Positions 1-8,829 of a stretch of DNA of 64,000 nucleotides are shown in pieces. The position numbers and the translations under genes were made by a program. Source of the DNA: a virus. Where the stretch lies: the IMG/VR virus record IMGVR_UViG_3300020462_000001, positions 26,535-90,534 of that record. The stretch is one strand, 5' to 3'. Below the pieces are notes generated by a model. The model worked only from the letters and a program-made list of their open reading frames with translations. It was not told where the DNA came from and did no database searches. Numbering within the stretch: position 1 is the first letter of the stretch; each line of letters begins with the position of its first letter.

Positions 1-48
1 CATGATAAATCAAAACAATATTGGAATGTGAAGATGATCAATCTCCAA

Positions 49-122
49 AGCCTCCGACCCGACTTGAACGGGTGACCTGCTGTTTACAAAACAGCTGCTC
101 TATCCAACTGAGCTACAAAGGC
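49..122 (-). tRNA. trnT: tRNA-Thr(UGU)
   Basis: Minus strand GCCTTTG...CGGAGGC acceptor stem, D-arm TAGCTCAGTTGGATAGAGC, anticodon arm GCTGT-TT-TGT-AA-ACAGC, T-loop GTTCAAGTC; no encoded CCA. Confidence 0.95.
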
Positions 123-124
123 AA

Positions 125-198
125 CGGGTCAGGAGGGACTCGAACCCCCGACCAATTCATTAGAAGTGAATTGCTCTATCCATCTGAGCTACTGACCC
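125..198 (-). tRNA. trnR: tRNA-Arg(UCU)
   Basis: Minus strand GGGTCAG...CTGACCC acceptor stem, anticodon arm ATTCA-CT-TCT-AA-TGAAT, T-loop GTTCGAGTC; no encoded CCA. Confidence 0.95.
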
Positions 199-231
199 AA
201 TAGGTTGAGTGGTTTCCCTCTCAACTCTTAT

Positions 232-259
232 ATTATACACCTTATTGGGAAGGTGTCAA
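232..259 (-). promoter_or_regulatory. host-sigma70-type (early) promoter for the tRNA pair
   Basis: TTGACA-N16-TATAAT on minus strand, followed by a GTTGAG...CTCAAC hairpin before tRNA-Arg. Confidence 0.8.
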
Positions 260-915
260 ACCTGAACCAGACGGTTGATGTACTGGTTGCTGTAGTGGGT
301 TCTGTTTCCGTGGATACCCCAACCCAACCAGTAATAAGCTGAGTCCATATACCTTCCAACAGATAAACCAGATGTCTTAAACACATGCTCAACATCTGTC
401 CATTGACGTTCGTTCACCATATATCTTAATTGAGTTTCAATGTGTGTTGGGTCTCCACCATACTTCTTTGAGAAGTGACCTAAGCCATGATACCTATCAG
501 AAGTTGTCCATTGAATCAAACCAAACCCACCACTATGGCAATGGTGATAAGGAACTCTTGCACCACCCTCACAAATATTTGGGTGGAACTTAGATTCCTG
601 TTTGATATTACCCATTATAACAGATAGAGCAACCTTATCATAGATTCCTCGTTCTTGGAGAAAGTCTAAAACAATTCTCTCATTATCTGAGCAATTCTTA
701 CAAACCCATTTACTTAGTTTGGGTTCTTCTGGGGTTTCTTGTTCAAGTTCCTCTTTTGATTCTTCTACAATATGGATAGTTGTATCGATTTTAGAAGAAG
801 GGGTTTCACTTACAGCTCCAGCGAAGAGAAGAGGTACTGTAACAATTCCTAGAATGTTCTTCATATTTTTGTAATGTTTCATGAGTATCATACCAGTCTC
901 AACTTGATTTGTCAA
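256..915 (-). CDS. lysozyme-fold cell-wall hydrolase (phage tail lysozyme-like) with N-terminal hydrophobic segment
   Basis: IMGNIKQES (catalytic Glu region), GFGLIQWT, QLRYMVNE motifs; true start probably downstream of the track start. Confidence 0.7.
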   Translation of the reverse strand: MTNQVETGMILMKHYKNMKNILGIVTVPLLFAGAVSETPSSKIDTTIHIVEESKEELEQETPEEPKLSKWVCKNCSDNERIVLDFLQERGIYDKVALSVIMGNIKQESKFHPNICEGGARVPYHHCHSGGFGLIQWTTSDRYHGLGHFSKKYGGDPTHIETQLRYMVNERQWTDVEHVFKTSGLSVGRYMDSAYYWLGWGIHGNRTHYSNQYINRLVQV

Positions 916-1340
916 GCACCAAAATAATCTTTTCTAAAATATCGGTTCATTATGTTTGAATTGTAGTATCTAGGAGTTCCATCCCCCATAGATTCCGTAA
1001 GCACATTGTTCTTGAATAGTGCTTCTGTTTCTGCAAAATTAGTCTTACCCTTTGTGAGGTGAAGAGACAGAATCTCTCTACGGAACATCTCCTTCCCTAA
1101 GAGTTTCACATCCTCTTTCAACTCATCACAGGATCCATAATACTTTCTCCAATCAGACTCACCCCTTACCTTGCGTTTCTTACCCTTAGGCGTACGGAAA
1201 GTCCAGAAGTATTTACGTCCGATGTATTGACGCTGGGTGGAAAGGTTGGTAATGAGATAAACAAAGCCAAAGTTGTCCCGAACATCAGCCCCATTAAAAT
1301 GTTGGTTATGATAAGTCCACGGGTTTTCATATTCACACAC
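912..1340 (-). CDS. stand-alone GIY-YIG endonuclease
   Basis: GFVYLITN...QYIGRK, YYGS, REIL, catalytic Glu helix and C-terminal YYN; 142 aa with no DNA-binding tail. Confidence 0.8.
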   Translation of the reverse strand: MCEYENPWTYHNQHFNGADVRDNFGFVYLITNLSTQRQYIGRKYFWTFRTPKGKKRKVRGESDWRKYYGSCDELKEDVKLLGKEMFRREILSLHLTKGKTNFAETEALFKNNVLTESMGDGTPRYYNSNIMNRYFRKDYFGA

Positions 1341-1363
1341 ATATTAATTACAGCTAATTTTAT

Positions 1364-1693
1364 TTAGTGATGCCAATCATCACCACCCTTCCACACATAT
1401 TGTGATGTTTTTGGTAGTTCAATAGGGCAACACTCATAGCCATATTTCATTTTAACATTCTCAACCTGCTCATCAATTGGTAGGTCGAGTAAGTAGATAG
1501 GTCTCTCATAATACCACTCCATAAACATACGAAGTGTCCTATGGGCCAAACTACAAAAAAGTGGCCTGAGACTATCAGACCACTTCTTATACGACAAGAG
1601 ATACCCGTTATAAGGGTATCTACCTCTTATCTCAGAGTTTAAAGTTGCTGAAAGAGTCGCCTTGTACATCCTGTTTGATTCCTCCAACAACAT
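1364..1693 (-). CDS. hypothetical protein (start uncertain, overlaps nrdB end)
   Basis: ORF fills the gap between nrdB and the GIY-YIG gene on the coding strand. Confidence 0.45.
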   Translation of the reverse strand: MLLEESNRMYKATLSATLNSEIRGRYPYNGYLLSYKKWSDSLRPLFCSLAHRTLRMFMEWYYERPIYLLDLPIDEQVENVKMKYGYECCPIELPKTSQYVWKGGDDWHH

Positions 1694-2825
1694 AAGATTC
1701 GACTTCGGTTTCCTGTGGAGCCACTTGAAGACCCTTCGATGAGATCCAATGTTGGGTCCAAGGAAGTGGGTTGTTCTTAGCAGCGATATCGTAGACCGGC
1801 TTCAATCCTATACTCTTCATACGACGATTGGCAATCCACTCAACATATTGTTGCAATAGGGTGTCGTTCAGACCGATCATAGATCCATCTTGGAAGAGGT
1901 AATCAGCCCAAGCCTTCTCCTCATTCACAGCTCTATCGAACATTGCATAGACCCACTCCTCTTCTTCTTTGGCAATCTGTTTCATTACAGGATCATCACC
2001 ACTCTTCCACTTATTCAAGATATTTTGCGTGATTGCAAGATGTTGATTCTCGTCACGGGCAATAAGGGAAATGATCTTCGCCGACCCTTCCATGAGTTTG
2101 AGCTCGCCGAAAGCAAAAGAACAAGCAAAAGAGACATAGAAACGAATGCCTTCCAAGATGTTGACATTGGCAACAGCTCTGTAAAGTTTACGTTTGACTT
2201 CTTTAATCTCATAGGCAGTTGTTGGGGATCCTTTAAAGTCACTGTGCCACATCTCACCAGTTCCCCACAATTGTGCTGTGTTGATGAAGTCATCATATGA
2301 CTCTGTAACACTCCTGGCACGATCTAGGATCTTCTGATCTGTGACAATTTTATCCAACACTTCAGCAGGGTTGGAATAGATGTTCTTGATGATGTAGGTA
2401 TAGGAACGACTATGGATCATCTCCATGAATCCCCATACTTCCATACAGGCTTCTAGTTCAGGTAGGCTGCAGTAAGGAATAAAAGCCATCCCAGGACCAC
2501 GCCCTTGTATGGAGTCAAGCATAATCTGATACTTGAGGTTGCTTGTATAGATATGCCTTTGTTCTGGACGAAGCGAGTGATAATCTCCACGATCTTTCTG
2601 TAACGATACTTCTTCTGGTCTCCAAAAGTATCCTAATTGTTGAGTTGTAAGTTTCTCAAATACAGGATACTTATAGGAATCATACCTCTGGACTCCCAGA
2701 GGCTTTCCAAAAAACATTGGTTGTTTCTTATAATCATGTACTTCAGTATTAAATACTGTCATTCCTTTCACATCATTCATATTATTACCGTTTACTGGTG
2801 AGACTTTAAACTGCACAGCTGTCAC
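1632..2825 (-). CDS. nrdB: ribonucleotide reductase class Ia beta subunit
   Basis: FWRPEEV, DSIQGR, EMIHSRSY (radical Tyr), EGIRFYVSF, RDENQH, VAPQETEVESY. Confidence 0.98.
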   Translation of the reverse strand: MTAVQFKVSPVNGNNMNDVKGMTVFNTEVHDYKKQPMFFGKPLGVQRYDSYKYPVFEKLTTQQLGYFWRPEEVSLQKDRGDYHSLRPEQRHIYTSNLKYQIMLDSIQGRGPGMAFIPYCSLPELEACMEVWGFMEMIHSRSYTYIIKNIYSNPAEVLDKIVTDQKILDRARSVTESYDDFINTAQLWGTGEMWHSDFKGSPTTAYEIKEVKRKLYRAVANVNILEGIRFYVSFACSFAFGELKLMEGSAKIISLIARDENQHLAITQNILNKWKSGDDPVMKQIAKEEEEWVYAMFDRAVNEEKAWADYLFQDGSMIGLNDTLLQQYVEWIANRRMKSIGLKPVYDIAAKNNPLPWTQHWISSKGLQVAPQETEVESYVVGGIKQDVQGDSFSNFKL

Positions 2826-5121
2826 ACTCTCCTTCCTCTATGTTTGATAGTTCTTGTAACAATGATTCTACTTCAGATTTAGTTGAATCTTCAACCTCAT
2901 CAGTCTTATTGTCATAAGTGTTCTGATAATATGAAGTTTTCCAACCATACTTATATGTAGTTAGGAAATCATTTGCCATTACAGATACCGGTACTTCATT
3001 ATCAGGATAGTCTTCTGGATTATAACTCCAGTTACCACTGATAGCCTGATCAAAGAACTTCTGCATCACAGCAACCACATTGATGTATCCTGTATTACCT
3101 TTCATCTCCCAAAGAAGTGTGTAGTTATTCTTGAGAGTGTTGTAGGAAGGTACAACTTGCTTGAGTGGTCCTTTCTTTGACTTCTTAATAGACAAGAAGT
3201 CACGGGGTGGTTCAATGCCATTGGTTGCATTTGATACCACAGAACTACTCTCTGAAGGCATCTGTGCTGATAGAGTACTATGTCTCAATCCATAAGCCTT
3301 AATCTGTTCTCTCAACTCTTCCCAATCATGTTGAAGAGGTTCTGAACTAATCTCATCTACATCTCTCTTATATGTGTCAATTGGAAGGATACCATCAGCA
3401 TACTTCGTTCTACCAAAGTAATCACAATGTCCCTTCTCTTTAGCAATCTGATTAGAAGATCTCAACAGGTAATACTGGAACGACTCTGTGAGTTTATGTA
3501 CAGCATCCCATGCTTCTTGTGAATCGTATCTAACACCAAGTTTGGCAAGGTAGTGAGCCAAACCAATAAAACCTATACCAAGTGATCTACGAGCCTTTGT
3601 GGCCTCTTCTGCGACCCTTACAGGATACTCCTGATAATCAATCAGTTCTTCCAATCCTCTGACCGCAAGATCACATAGGTCTTCCAATTCACTATCATTG
3701 TGGATTTTACCAATGTTGATAGCTGAAAGGATACAAAGAGCAATCTCAGAAGGCATCCCATCATCAATATGTTGAATAGGATCCGTAGGAAGTGTGATCT
3801 CTTGACACAAGTTACTCATATTCACCTTGTCTTTGAAGGAAGAGTGAGAGTTACAATGGTCAATGTTCATGATATAGATTCGACCAGTCTCTGCTCTCTC
3901 TTTCAGTAGGTCGAGGATCAGTTCTTGTGCCTTGACAGTCTTTCTTGGAATAGACTCATTCTGTTCATAACCCACATACAGCTCATCAAATCTATCAGTG
4001 CCAAAAGCATCATAGAGGTTCGGCGTATCGTGCGGTGAGAAGAGGCTAATCTCTCCATTCGTGATGAAACGTTCGTAGAAAAGTTTTGAAATTTGGATTG
4101 AGTAGTCAAGTTTCCTCACTCGATTGTCTTCTGTACCCTTGTTGTTCTTCAGTACGATGATGTCTTGGATTTCTGCGTGCCAGATGGGGAAGTGGACTGT
4201 TGCTGATCCACCACGAATCCCATTCTGCGTGCAACATCGTACAGTTGATTCAAACTTTTTAAGGAAAGGAACAACACCAGTGTGCTGAACTTCTCCGCCT
4301 CTGATCTTACTGTTGATTCCACGGATTCTTCCAGCGTTGATACCGATTCCTGACCTTTGCGCCACATAACGGCCAATGGCCATGTCAGAAGCAAAAATAC
4401 TATCCAAGGAATCGTCAACGTCAACCAAAACACAGGACGCAAATTGACGGAGGGGGGTTCGAACCCCTGCCATGATTGGTGTTGGGATGTTGATTTTGTG
4501 CTTTGAGATTGCGTCGTAGTACCTCTTGACATATGATAATCTTGTTTCCTTAGGATAGTTCTGGAACATGGTCAACGCAATCATCATGTACATGAATTGC
4601 GGGGTCTCATATACCTCACTTGTACTTCTATCTTGCACTAGGTATTTATCCACAACCTGTCGCAATCCAGCATATGTAAACAGGAAATCACGATCATGAT
4701 CAATGAATAACTCTGCTTTCAGAATCTCTTCCAGAGAATACTTATCAAAGATACTCTTATCATACTGATGATCATATGCCAGTTTAGTAATATGATCTAC
4801 CAGTGTAGGGAGTTCTCTTCTTCCACCATACAATGATTTCCTCAAAGAAAAGAGTAAAAGTCTAGCTGCCACAAACTGATAGTTAGGGTGATCCAAATCA
4901 ATCAAATCACTGGCACTTTTGATAAGGATCTCTTGGATTTCAGAGGTACTAATACCATCATAAAACTGAATCCCTGATGTCATCTCCACTTGACTTGCAG
5001 AAACACCTGCTAGTCCATCACACGCCTCTTCTACCATCAGGTGCATCTTATCAAGATCGAGAGATTCAACTCTTCCATCTCTCTTCTGTACCTTTGTGCC
5101 GTTGCTCATATCTTTTTCCAA
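2806..5121 (-). CDS. nrdA: ribonucleotide reductase class Ia alpha subunit
   Basis: ATP cone (KRDGRVE), PTPIMAGVRT, SCVL, SNLCQEI, C-terminal CDSCAV; no intein. Confidence 0.98.
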   Translation of the reverse strand: MEKDMSNGTKVQKRDGRVESLDLDKMHLMVEEACDGLAGVSASQVEMTSGIQFYDGISTSEIQEILIKSASDLIDLDHPNYQFVAARLLLFSLRKSLYGGRRELPTLVDHITKLAYDHQYDKSIFDKYSLEEILKAELFIDHDRDFLFTYAGLRQVVDKYLVQDRSTSEVYETPQFMYMMIALTMFQNYPKETRLSYVKRYYDAISKHKINIPTPIMAGVRTPLRQFASCVLVDVDDSLDSIFASDMAIGRYVAQRSGIGINAGRIRGINSKIRGGEVQHTGVVPFLKKFESTVRCCTQNGIRGGSATVHFPIWHAEIQDIIVLKNNKGTEDNRVRKLDYSIQISKLFYERFITNGEISLFSPHDTPNLYDAFGTDRFDELYVGYEQNESIPRKTVKAQELILDLLKERAETGRIYIMNIDHCNSHSSFKDKVNMSNLCQEITLPTDPIQHIDDGMPSEIALCILSAINIGKIHNDSELEDLCDLAVRGLEELIDYQEYPVRVAEEATKARRSLGIGFIGLAHYLAKLGVRYDSQEAWDAVHKLTESFQYYLLRSSNQIAKEKGHCDYFGRTKYADGILPIDTYKRDVDEISSEPLQHDWEELREQIKAYGLRHSTLSAQMPSESSSVVSNATNGIEPPRDFLSIKKSKKGPLKQVVPSYNTLKNNYTLLWEMKGNTGYINVVAVMQKFFDQAISGNWSYNPEDYPDNEVPVSVMANDFLTTYKYGWKTSYYQNTYDNKTDEVEDSTKSEVESLLQELSNIEEGECDSCAV

Positions 5122-6098
5122 GTAGTGAATTTTAGTTTTGCTTGTAGTCCTTGATAAGTATTCGATTTTATGATAACTTCAACATCATGTCCACCCAAAA
5201 CCATATCATTGATATCTTTCTGAGTAACATTAGAAGGCCAGATAACTATTTTATCTCCTCTCTCAATAGTATTTGAGATACGGGATACGATTTCTGAATT
5301 TCTTGGTTCATTATCATATACCCAAACTGGATTAGTTATTTTCAATCCATCAGTATCAACATCAGCTCCACACATAGCAATTGAGTTATCAACGAATGTG
5401 GAATCAAATGGACCTTCAATGATATAAACGTTCTGTTCTCTATCAATTGTATCCAATCCATAAATCTTAGGAGCTTCCTCATCAATCATTATGGTTAAGT
5501 ATTTAACAGGGTTTGAAGAGAGGGCTCTGCCCTGAACTCCTATCAATTCTTCATCCTTAATAAGAGGAATTACAATCCTCTGTTCACCATATTTTGTGTT
5601 CTCAAATGATCCTGGTTTAATCTCATTAACAAACTCTTGGAAGTTCTCTGCATAATAAAACTTCCCATCAATGATGGCTCTTGATTCCAAGTAGTGCTTG
5701 GATTTATCTACACTGAAAGCAGAAGGGAGATTCAATTCAATCTTCTTTTTGAATTCAGGTTTAGATGTTTTCAAAGTAGAGAATATATCTTTTGGCGATT
5801 CAGCAGTAAAGTTCTTACCACTCTTACCTTGTTTGAACTTCTCAAAGATATATTGTTTATGAGTTTGAGGGTCAATATCTTTTAAAAAATTATTTAAAGA
5901 TATATTTACTCCACAGTTATGGCATTTATAATTGGTATTATTTTTAATTTGATAAAAATATCCACGAGCCTTACTTTTGTTCTTCTGAGAATCACCACAG
6001 ATTGGACAACGGCAGTTATACAAATTGGGCTTTACTTTCTTGAACCTTTGAAGTCTGGATGATATCAAATTGATGTACTTAACATCAATAAAATCCAT
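5106..6098 (-). CDS. gp61: DNA primase (T4 gp61)
   Basis: CPICGD...CHNC zinc finger, EGPFDS TOPRIM, DNEPRN, KDINDM. Confidence 0.95.
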   Translation of the reverse strand: MDFIDVKYINLISSRLQRFKKVKPNLYNCRCPICGDSQKNKSKARGYFYQIKNNTNYKCHNCGVNISLNNFLKDIDPQTHKQYIFEKFKQGKSGKNFTAESPKDIFSTLKTSKPEFKKKIELNLPSAFSVDKSKHYLESRAIIDGKFYYAENFQEFVNEIKPGSFENTKYGEQRIVIPLIKDEELIGVQGRALSSNPVKYLTIMIDEEAPKIYGLDTIDREQNVYIIEGPFDSTFVDNSIAMCGADVDTDGLKITNPVWVYDNEPRNSEIVSRISNTIERGDKIVIWPSNVTQKDINDMVLGGHDVEVIIKSNTYQGLQAKLKFTTWKKI

Positions 6099-6099
6099 G

Positions 6100-6468
6100 T
6101 TACCTGGAGTAGCTAGTCTTTATTATATCAGTTTCCTGCTGAAAGGTCAACACTGGGGAGTTAAAAATAAAGCTAAGAGCAGCAACAATCCCTATACCAA
6201 CCCAGACCTTTCTCTCAAGACCTTGCAGTCTTGCTACTACTCCTTTGTGGTCTTGATCCATTTTGTCTCGGAGTTGATCGATCTTTGTGAACAACACTAT
6301 ATCAACTTCTTCTTGTTTTGATATGCGTTCTTCATGAACAGCCAACATCCTACTGACTGCTGTATTCACTTCACTCAACTTCTCAATGGTAGCATCAAGT
6401 TTTATTATTATTGGCCTAAGATCTTCTATCTTTTGTTCTAAAATAGCCACTTTAACTTGATCATCCAT
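6100..6468 (-). CDS. coiled-coil protein with C-terminal transmembrane helix
   Basis: Heptad-like N-terminal part, hydrophobic VWVGIGIVAALSFIF. Confidence 0.7.
   Translation of the reverse strand: MDDQVKVAILEQKIEDLRPIIIKLDATIEKLSEVNTAVSRMLAVHEERISKQEEVDIVLFTKIDQLRDKMDQDHKGVVARLQGLERKVWVGIGIVAALSFIFNSPVLTFQQETDIIKTSYSR
6122..6150 (-). promoter_or_regulatory. early sigma70-type promoter for primase-nrdA-nrdB
   Basis: TTGACC-N17-TATAAT with extended TG. Confidence 0.75.
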
Positions 6469-6667
6469 TCTTCGGCTTCCAGTTCTTTCTCAATCCTCGT
6501 TGATAGATATATCTCTTTTTTGGTTTACCCATAAGAGGATCAAATCCTGCTGTTGGACCTTTAGCATCAGCCTTGCCACTGAATCCTGGTTTACTAGCGG
6601 TGCTACCGGTAGTCATCATCTCTTCTCTGATGAAATCAATAATTCTATTAAGCTTACTATTATGCAT
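6461..6667 (-). CDS. small basic hypothetical protein
   Basis: 68 aa, overlaps neighbours; IREE followed by basic tail. Confidence 0.7.
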   Translation of the reverse strand: MHNSKLNRIIDFIREEMMTTGSTASKPGFSGKADAKGPTAGFDPLMGKPKKRYIYQRGLRKNWKPKNG

Positions 6668-7040
6668 CAGAGATTCTCTCCAATTCCTTAATACAGTGTT
6701 CGTCTGATTCTAATTCATGAACATATGACCTTGGATATTCTGGAAGTCTATCCAAAAACTCTACGAATGATTTAACGCAAGGCCAGAGATTACTATCAAT
6801 TTTGAAGAACAACATTGGCGTTGTTGCATCTCCAAAGATATTATAGAGAATAATAAAATGATTGATTAAAAGATGAACCTTTAAATCCCCTCCACTCTTA
6901 TACTTTTTGAGCAGACGTTTAATATACCTGAAGTGGTTAAGATCTTTTTCAAAATCATCGACCGTAACCGCTTCAGGATTTTCATAATTTTTAATAGCGA
7001 ATATCAGAAAGTTATCTGAATTCAATTCATTAATGATCAT
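6660..7040 (-). CDS. conserved T4-like cyanophage hypothetical protein
   Basis: NFLIFAIKNYENP...DLNHFRYIKRLL...HLLINHFIILYNIFG pattern. Confidence 0.8.
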   Translation of the reverse strand: MIINELNSDNFLIFAIKNYENPEAVTVDDFEKDLNHFRYIKRLLKKYKSGGDLKVHLLINHFIILYNIFGDATTPMLFFKIDSNLWPCVKSFVEFLDRLPEYPRSYVHELESDEHCIKELERISDA

Positions 7041-7049
7041 GTTATCTCA

Positions 7050-7556
7050 TCAAGGAGTAGGATAATCAGTACCACCAGTGGTGATTCCTGACATAGCTAC
7101 AAGAGTTTCTTTCTTGACTCTAAGTTCACCTGAACTATCGTTGTATGTGGTAACACCAACCCAACCTTCGTGAGTCACTTCATATGAAGTTGCAACTGCG
7201 GCATTGCCAACACCATACACAAATGAATCACCGGAAGGTGAACCTTTCTCAGAATAAGTAGAATCCAAAATAGATGATTTTGGAAGTTGCGATACACCGA
7301 AAGCAGCTCCAGAAATTGCTGCCCCACTCAATCCAGCGGTAGAACCGATAGTACAAGAAGTGGCACTTGCGATACTTACAATCACAGCGTCACCAAAGTA
7401 AGTACCACTCTTTGCCCCAAAACGAATAACGTCGCCTTCTTGAGCAGATCCAGTTTGTCCGAAAGAAGTGCCTGTTCCAGTAACAACGCCCGTACCATAA
7501 TCGAGGACGACGGTACCCACACTATCTACGTTATCATTGTTTCCCCAAAGTGCCAT
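7050..7556 (-). CDS. probable virion structural protein
   Basis: MALWG start, G/S/T-rich, HEGWVG...RVKKETLVAMS; TATAAATA promoter upstream. Confidence 0.7.
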   Translation of the reverse strand: MALWGNNDNVDSVGTVVLDYGTGVVTGTGTSFGQTGSAQEGDVIRFGAKSGTYFGDAVIVSIASATSCTIGSTAGLSGAAISGAAFGVSQLPKSSILDSTYSEKGSPSGDSFVYGVGNAAVATSYEVTHEGWVGVTTYNDSSGELRVKKETLVAMSGITTGGTDYPTP

Positions 7557-7590
7557 GTCTTTGTCCTAGTAAAATTGTTATGCTAGTAAA

Positions 7591-7598
7591 TATTTATA
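7591..7598 (-). promoter_or_regulatory. gp55-dependent late promoter
   Basis: TATAAATA upstream of 7556. Further (N)ATAAATA boxes precede genes at about 8847, 10118, 13944, 38447, 39655, 39886, 43128, 44100, 46044, 48935, 52194, 52513, 52833, 53799, 54139, 57706 and 61917. Confidence 0.8.
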
Positions 7599-7622
7599 AA
7601 AAAAGGGAGACCTATGTCTCCC
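7598..7622 (-). terminator. rho-independent terminator
   Basis: GGGAGAC-ATAG-GTCTCCC followed by T7. Confidence 0.85.
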
Positions 7623-7627
7623 CACAA

Positions 7628-7828
7628 TCACTCTTCTCTATTTTTGATAGCCTTAGCTACTACCTCAAGAAGTTGATCGTCCATATCGGTCTTAGTCAAC
7701 TTAACTGCCTTAGCAAGAATAACAAGGCAGATCTCAACCATTTTCTCACCGAGTTCTTCGTTTTCTGGAATCTTCGCAACAGCATCACTGACAATTTTCG
7801 ATGCAAGTGGTAAAAGGAATGCAAGCAT
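7628..7828 (-). CDS. small helical hypothetical protein
   Basis: 66 aa amphipathic, TDMDDQLL motif; followed by terminator. Confidence 0.75.
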   Translation of the reverse strand: MLAFLLPLASKIVSDAVAKIPENEELGEKMVEICLVILAKAVKLTKTDMDDQLLEVVAKAIKNREE

Positions 7829-7859
7829 GGTTATAGTGTATAACTACACTATATATGAT

Positions 7860-8048
7860 TTAATCTTTGTTAGAGACCCACTTCTTCTTATTCTTGTCAT
7901 AGGTCTTCACTTCACCTGGTCTCAGAGAGTCTTTTTGGTATTGAGCAAAACTCTTCTTACCATATCTCATTCTGTCATCTTGTTCTTTGTGTCTTCTTTT
8001 CTCATCTTCAAGTCTTTTTTCATACTTGGCATCGTAAGCTTCATACAT
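7860..8048 (-). CDS. small basic hypothetical protein
   Basis: TAATG-coupled to upstream ORF; LRPGEVK...KWVSNKD. Confidence 0.7.
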   Translation of the reverse strand: MYEAYDAKYEKRLEDEKRRHKEQDDRMRYGKKSFAQYQKDSLRPGEVKTYDKNKKKWVSNKD

Positions 8049-8821
8049 TAGTCTGACTCTCCTACTCTTGATTTGTATGGATTTGGTTTCTTGTGCATAG
8101 CAGAGATTTTAGCTCTAGCCTTTGCATGTTTTTCTTTCTCAGATGCCTTTTCGTCAGGTGTCATTGCCTTACGTTTCTTGAAGTATTCTTGAGATACTTT
8201 CATCTGATCCTCAACACTCGTTCCCTCTTTTTTGATAGAAGGAGCCATCACTTTCATATGAGAATCATACTTCACATCAGTTTTCTTGGCTGGTTTGGCA
8301 TCCTTAATAGAAGGTGCACCAGTCATATCAGCCTCATCGAGCTCATACATCTCAACCACAACCGCACCAATCTCTTCAAAGGCTTCAGTTACACCTTGAG
8401 GAGGATTGATTCTGATTTTGTTCTTTATATTCTTCTCTTTAATCTTACCTTTTTGATCTTTCTTATCCTCCGATGAATCATCTGGAGATGAATCGGTTTT
8501 CTCTTCCTTATCCTCAACATCAACAACTTCACGGAGATCCGTTCTCCAATTAGAGTAGTTCTCTTTTACTTTCTTCTTCTCTTTCTTCTTCTCTACTGGA
8601 GAACAAGGAACACCTTCAACCTCACAATGACCTTCGTTTACCTTCTTACTGGGGTTCTGTTTGTTGTATTGTTTGACAGCTCTCTTATGAATGTCATAAC
8701 CAACATCACCCTTGGGCATTGAATCGGAACGTTCCTCTTCTTTCTTTTCCTTCTTCTTATCACAACCTTCACCAATACTCTGGTTGTAGATTGCAGACAG
8801 CTCGTTAAGAGGGATACTCAT
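8048..8821 (-). CDS. highly charged late protein, probable head internal protein
   Basis: Late promoter at 8847-8853; K/E-rich, many hydrophobic-x-E sites, ENYSNWRTDLRE motif. Confidence 0.6.
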   Translation of the reverse strand: MSIPLNELSAIYNQSIGEGCDKKKEKKEEERSDSMPKGDVGYDIHKRAVKQYNKQNPSKKVNEGHCEVEGVPCSPVEKKKEKKKVKENYSNWRTDLREVVDVEDKEEKTDSSPDDSSEDKKDQKGKIKEKNIKNKIRINPPQGVTEAFEEIGAVVVEMYELDEADMTGAPSIKDAKPAKKTDVKYDSHMKVMAPSIKKEGTSVEDQMKVSQEYFKKRKAMTPDEKASEKEKHAKARAKISAMHKKPNPYKSRVGESD

Positions 8822-8829
8822 TTCTCTAA

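Noticed and set aside
21-203. 60-aa plus-strand ORF
   Set aside because: It is the antisense of the two tRNA genes.
1632-5121. Introns or inteins in nrdA/nrdB (also checked gp41, uvsX, gp17)
   Set aside because: Lengths are normal and motifs are contiguous.
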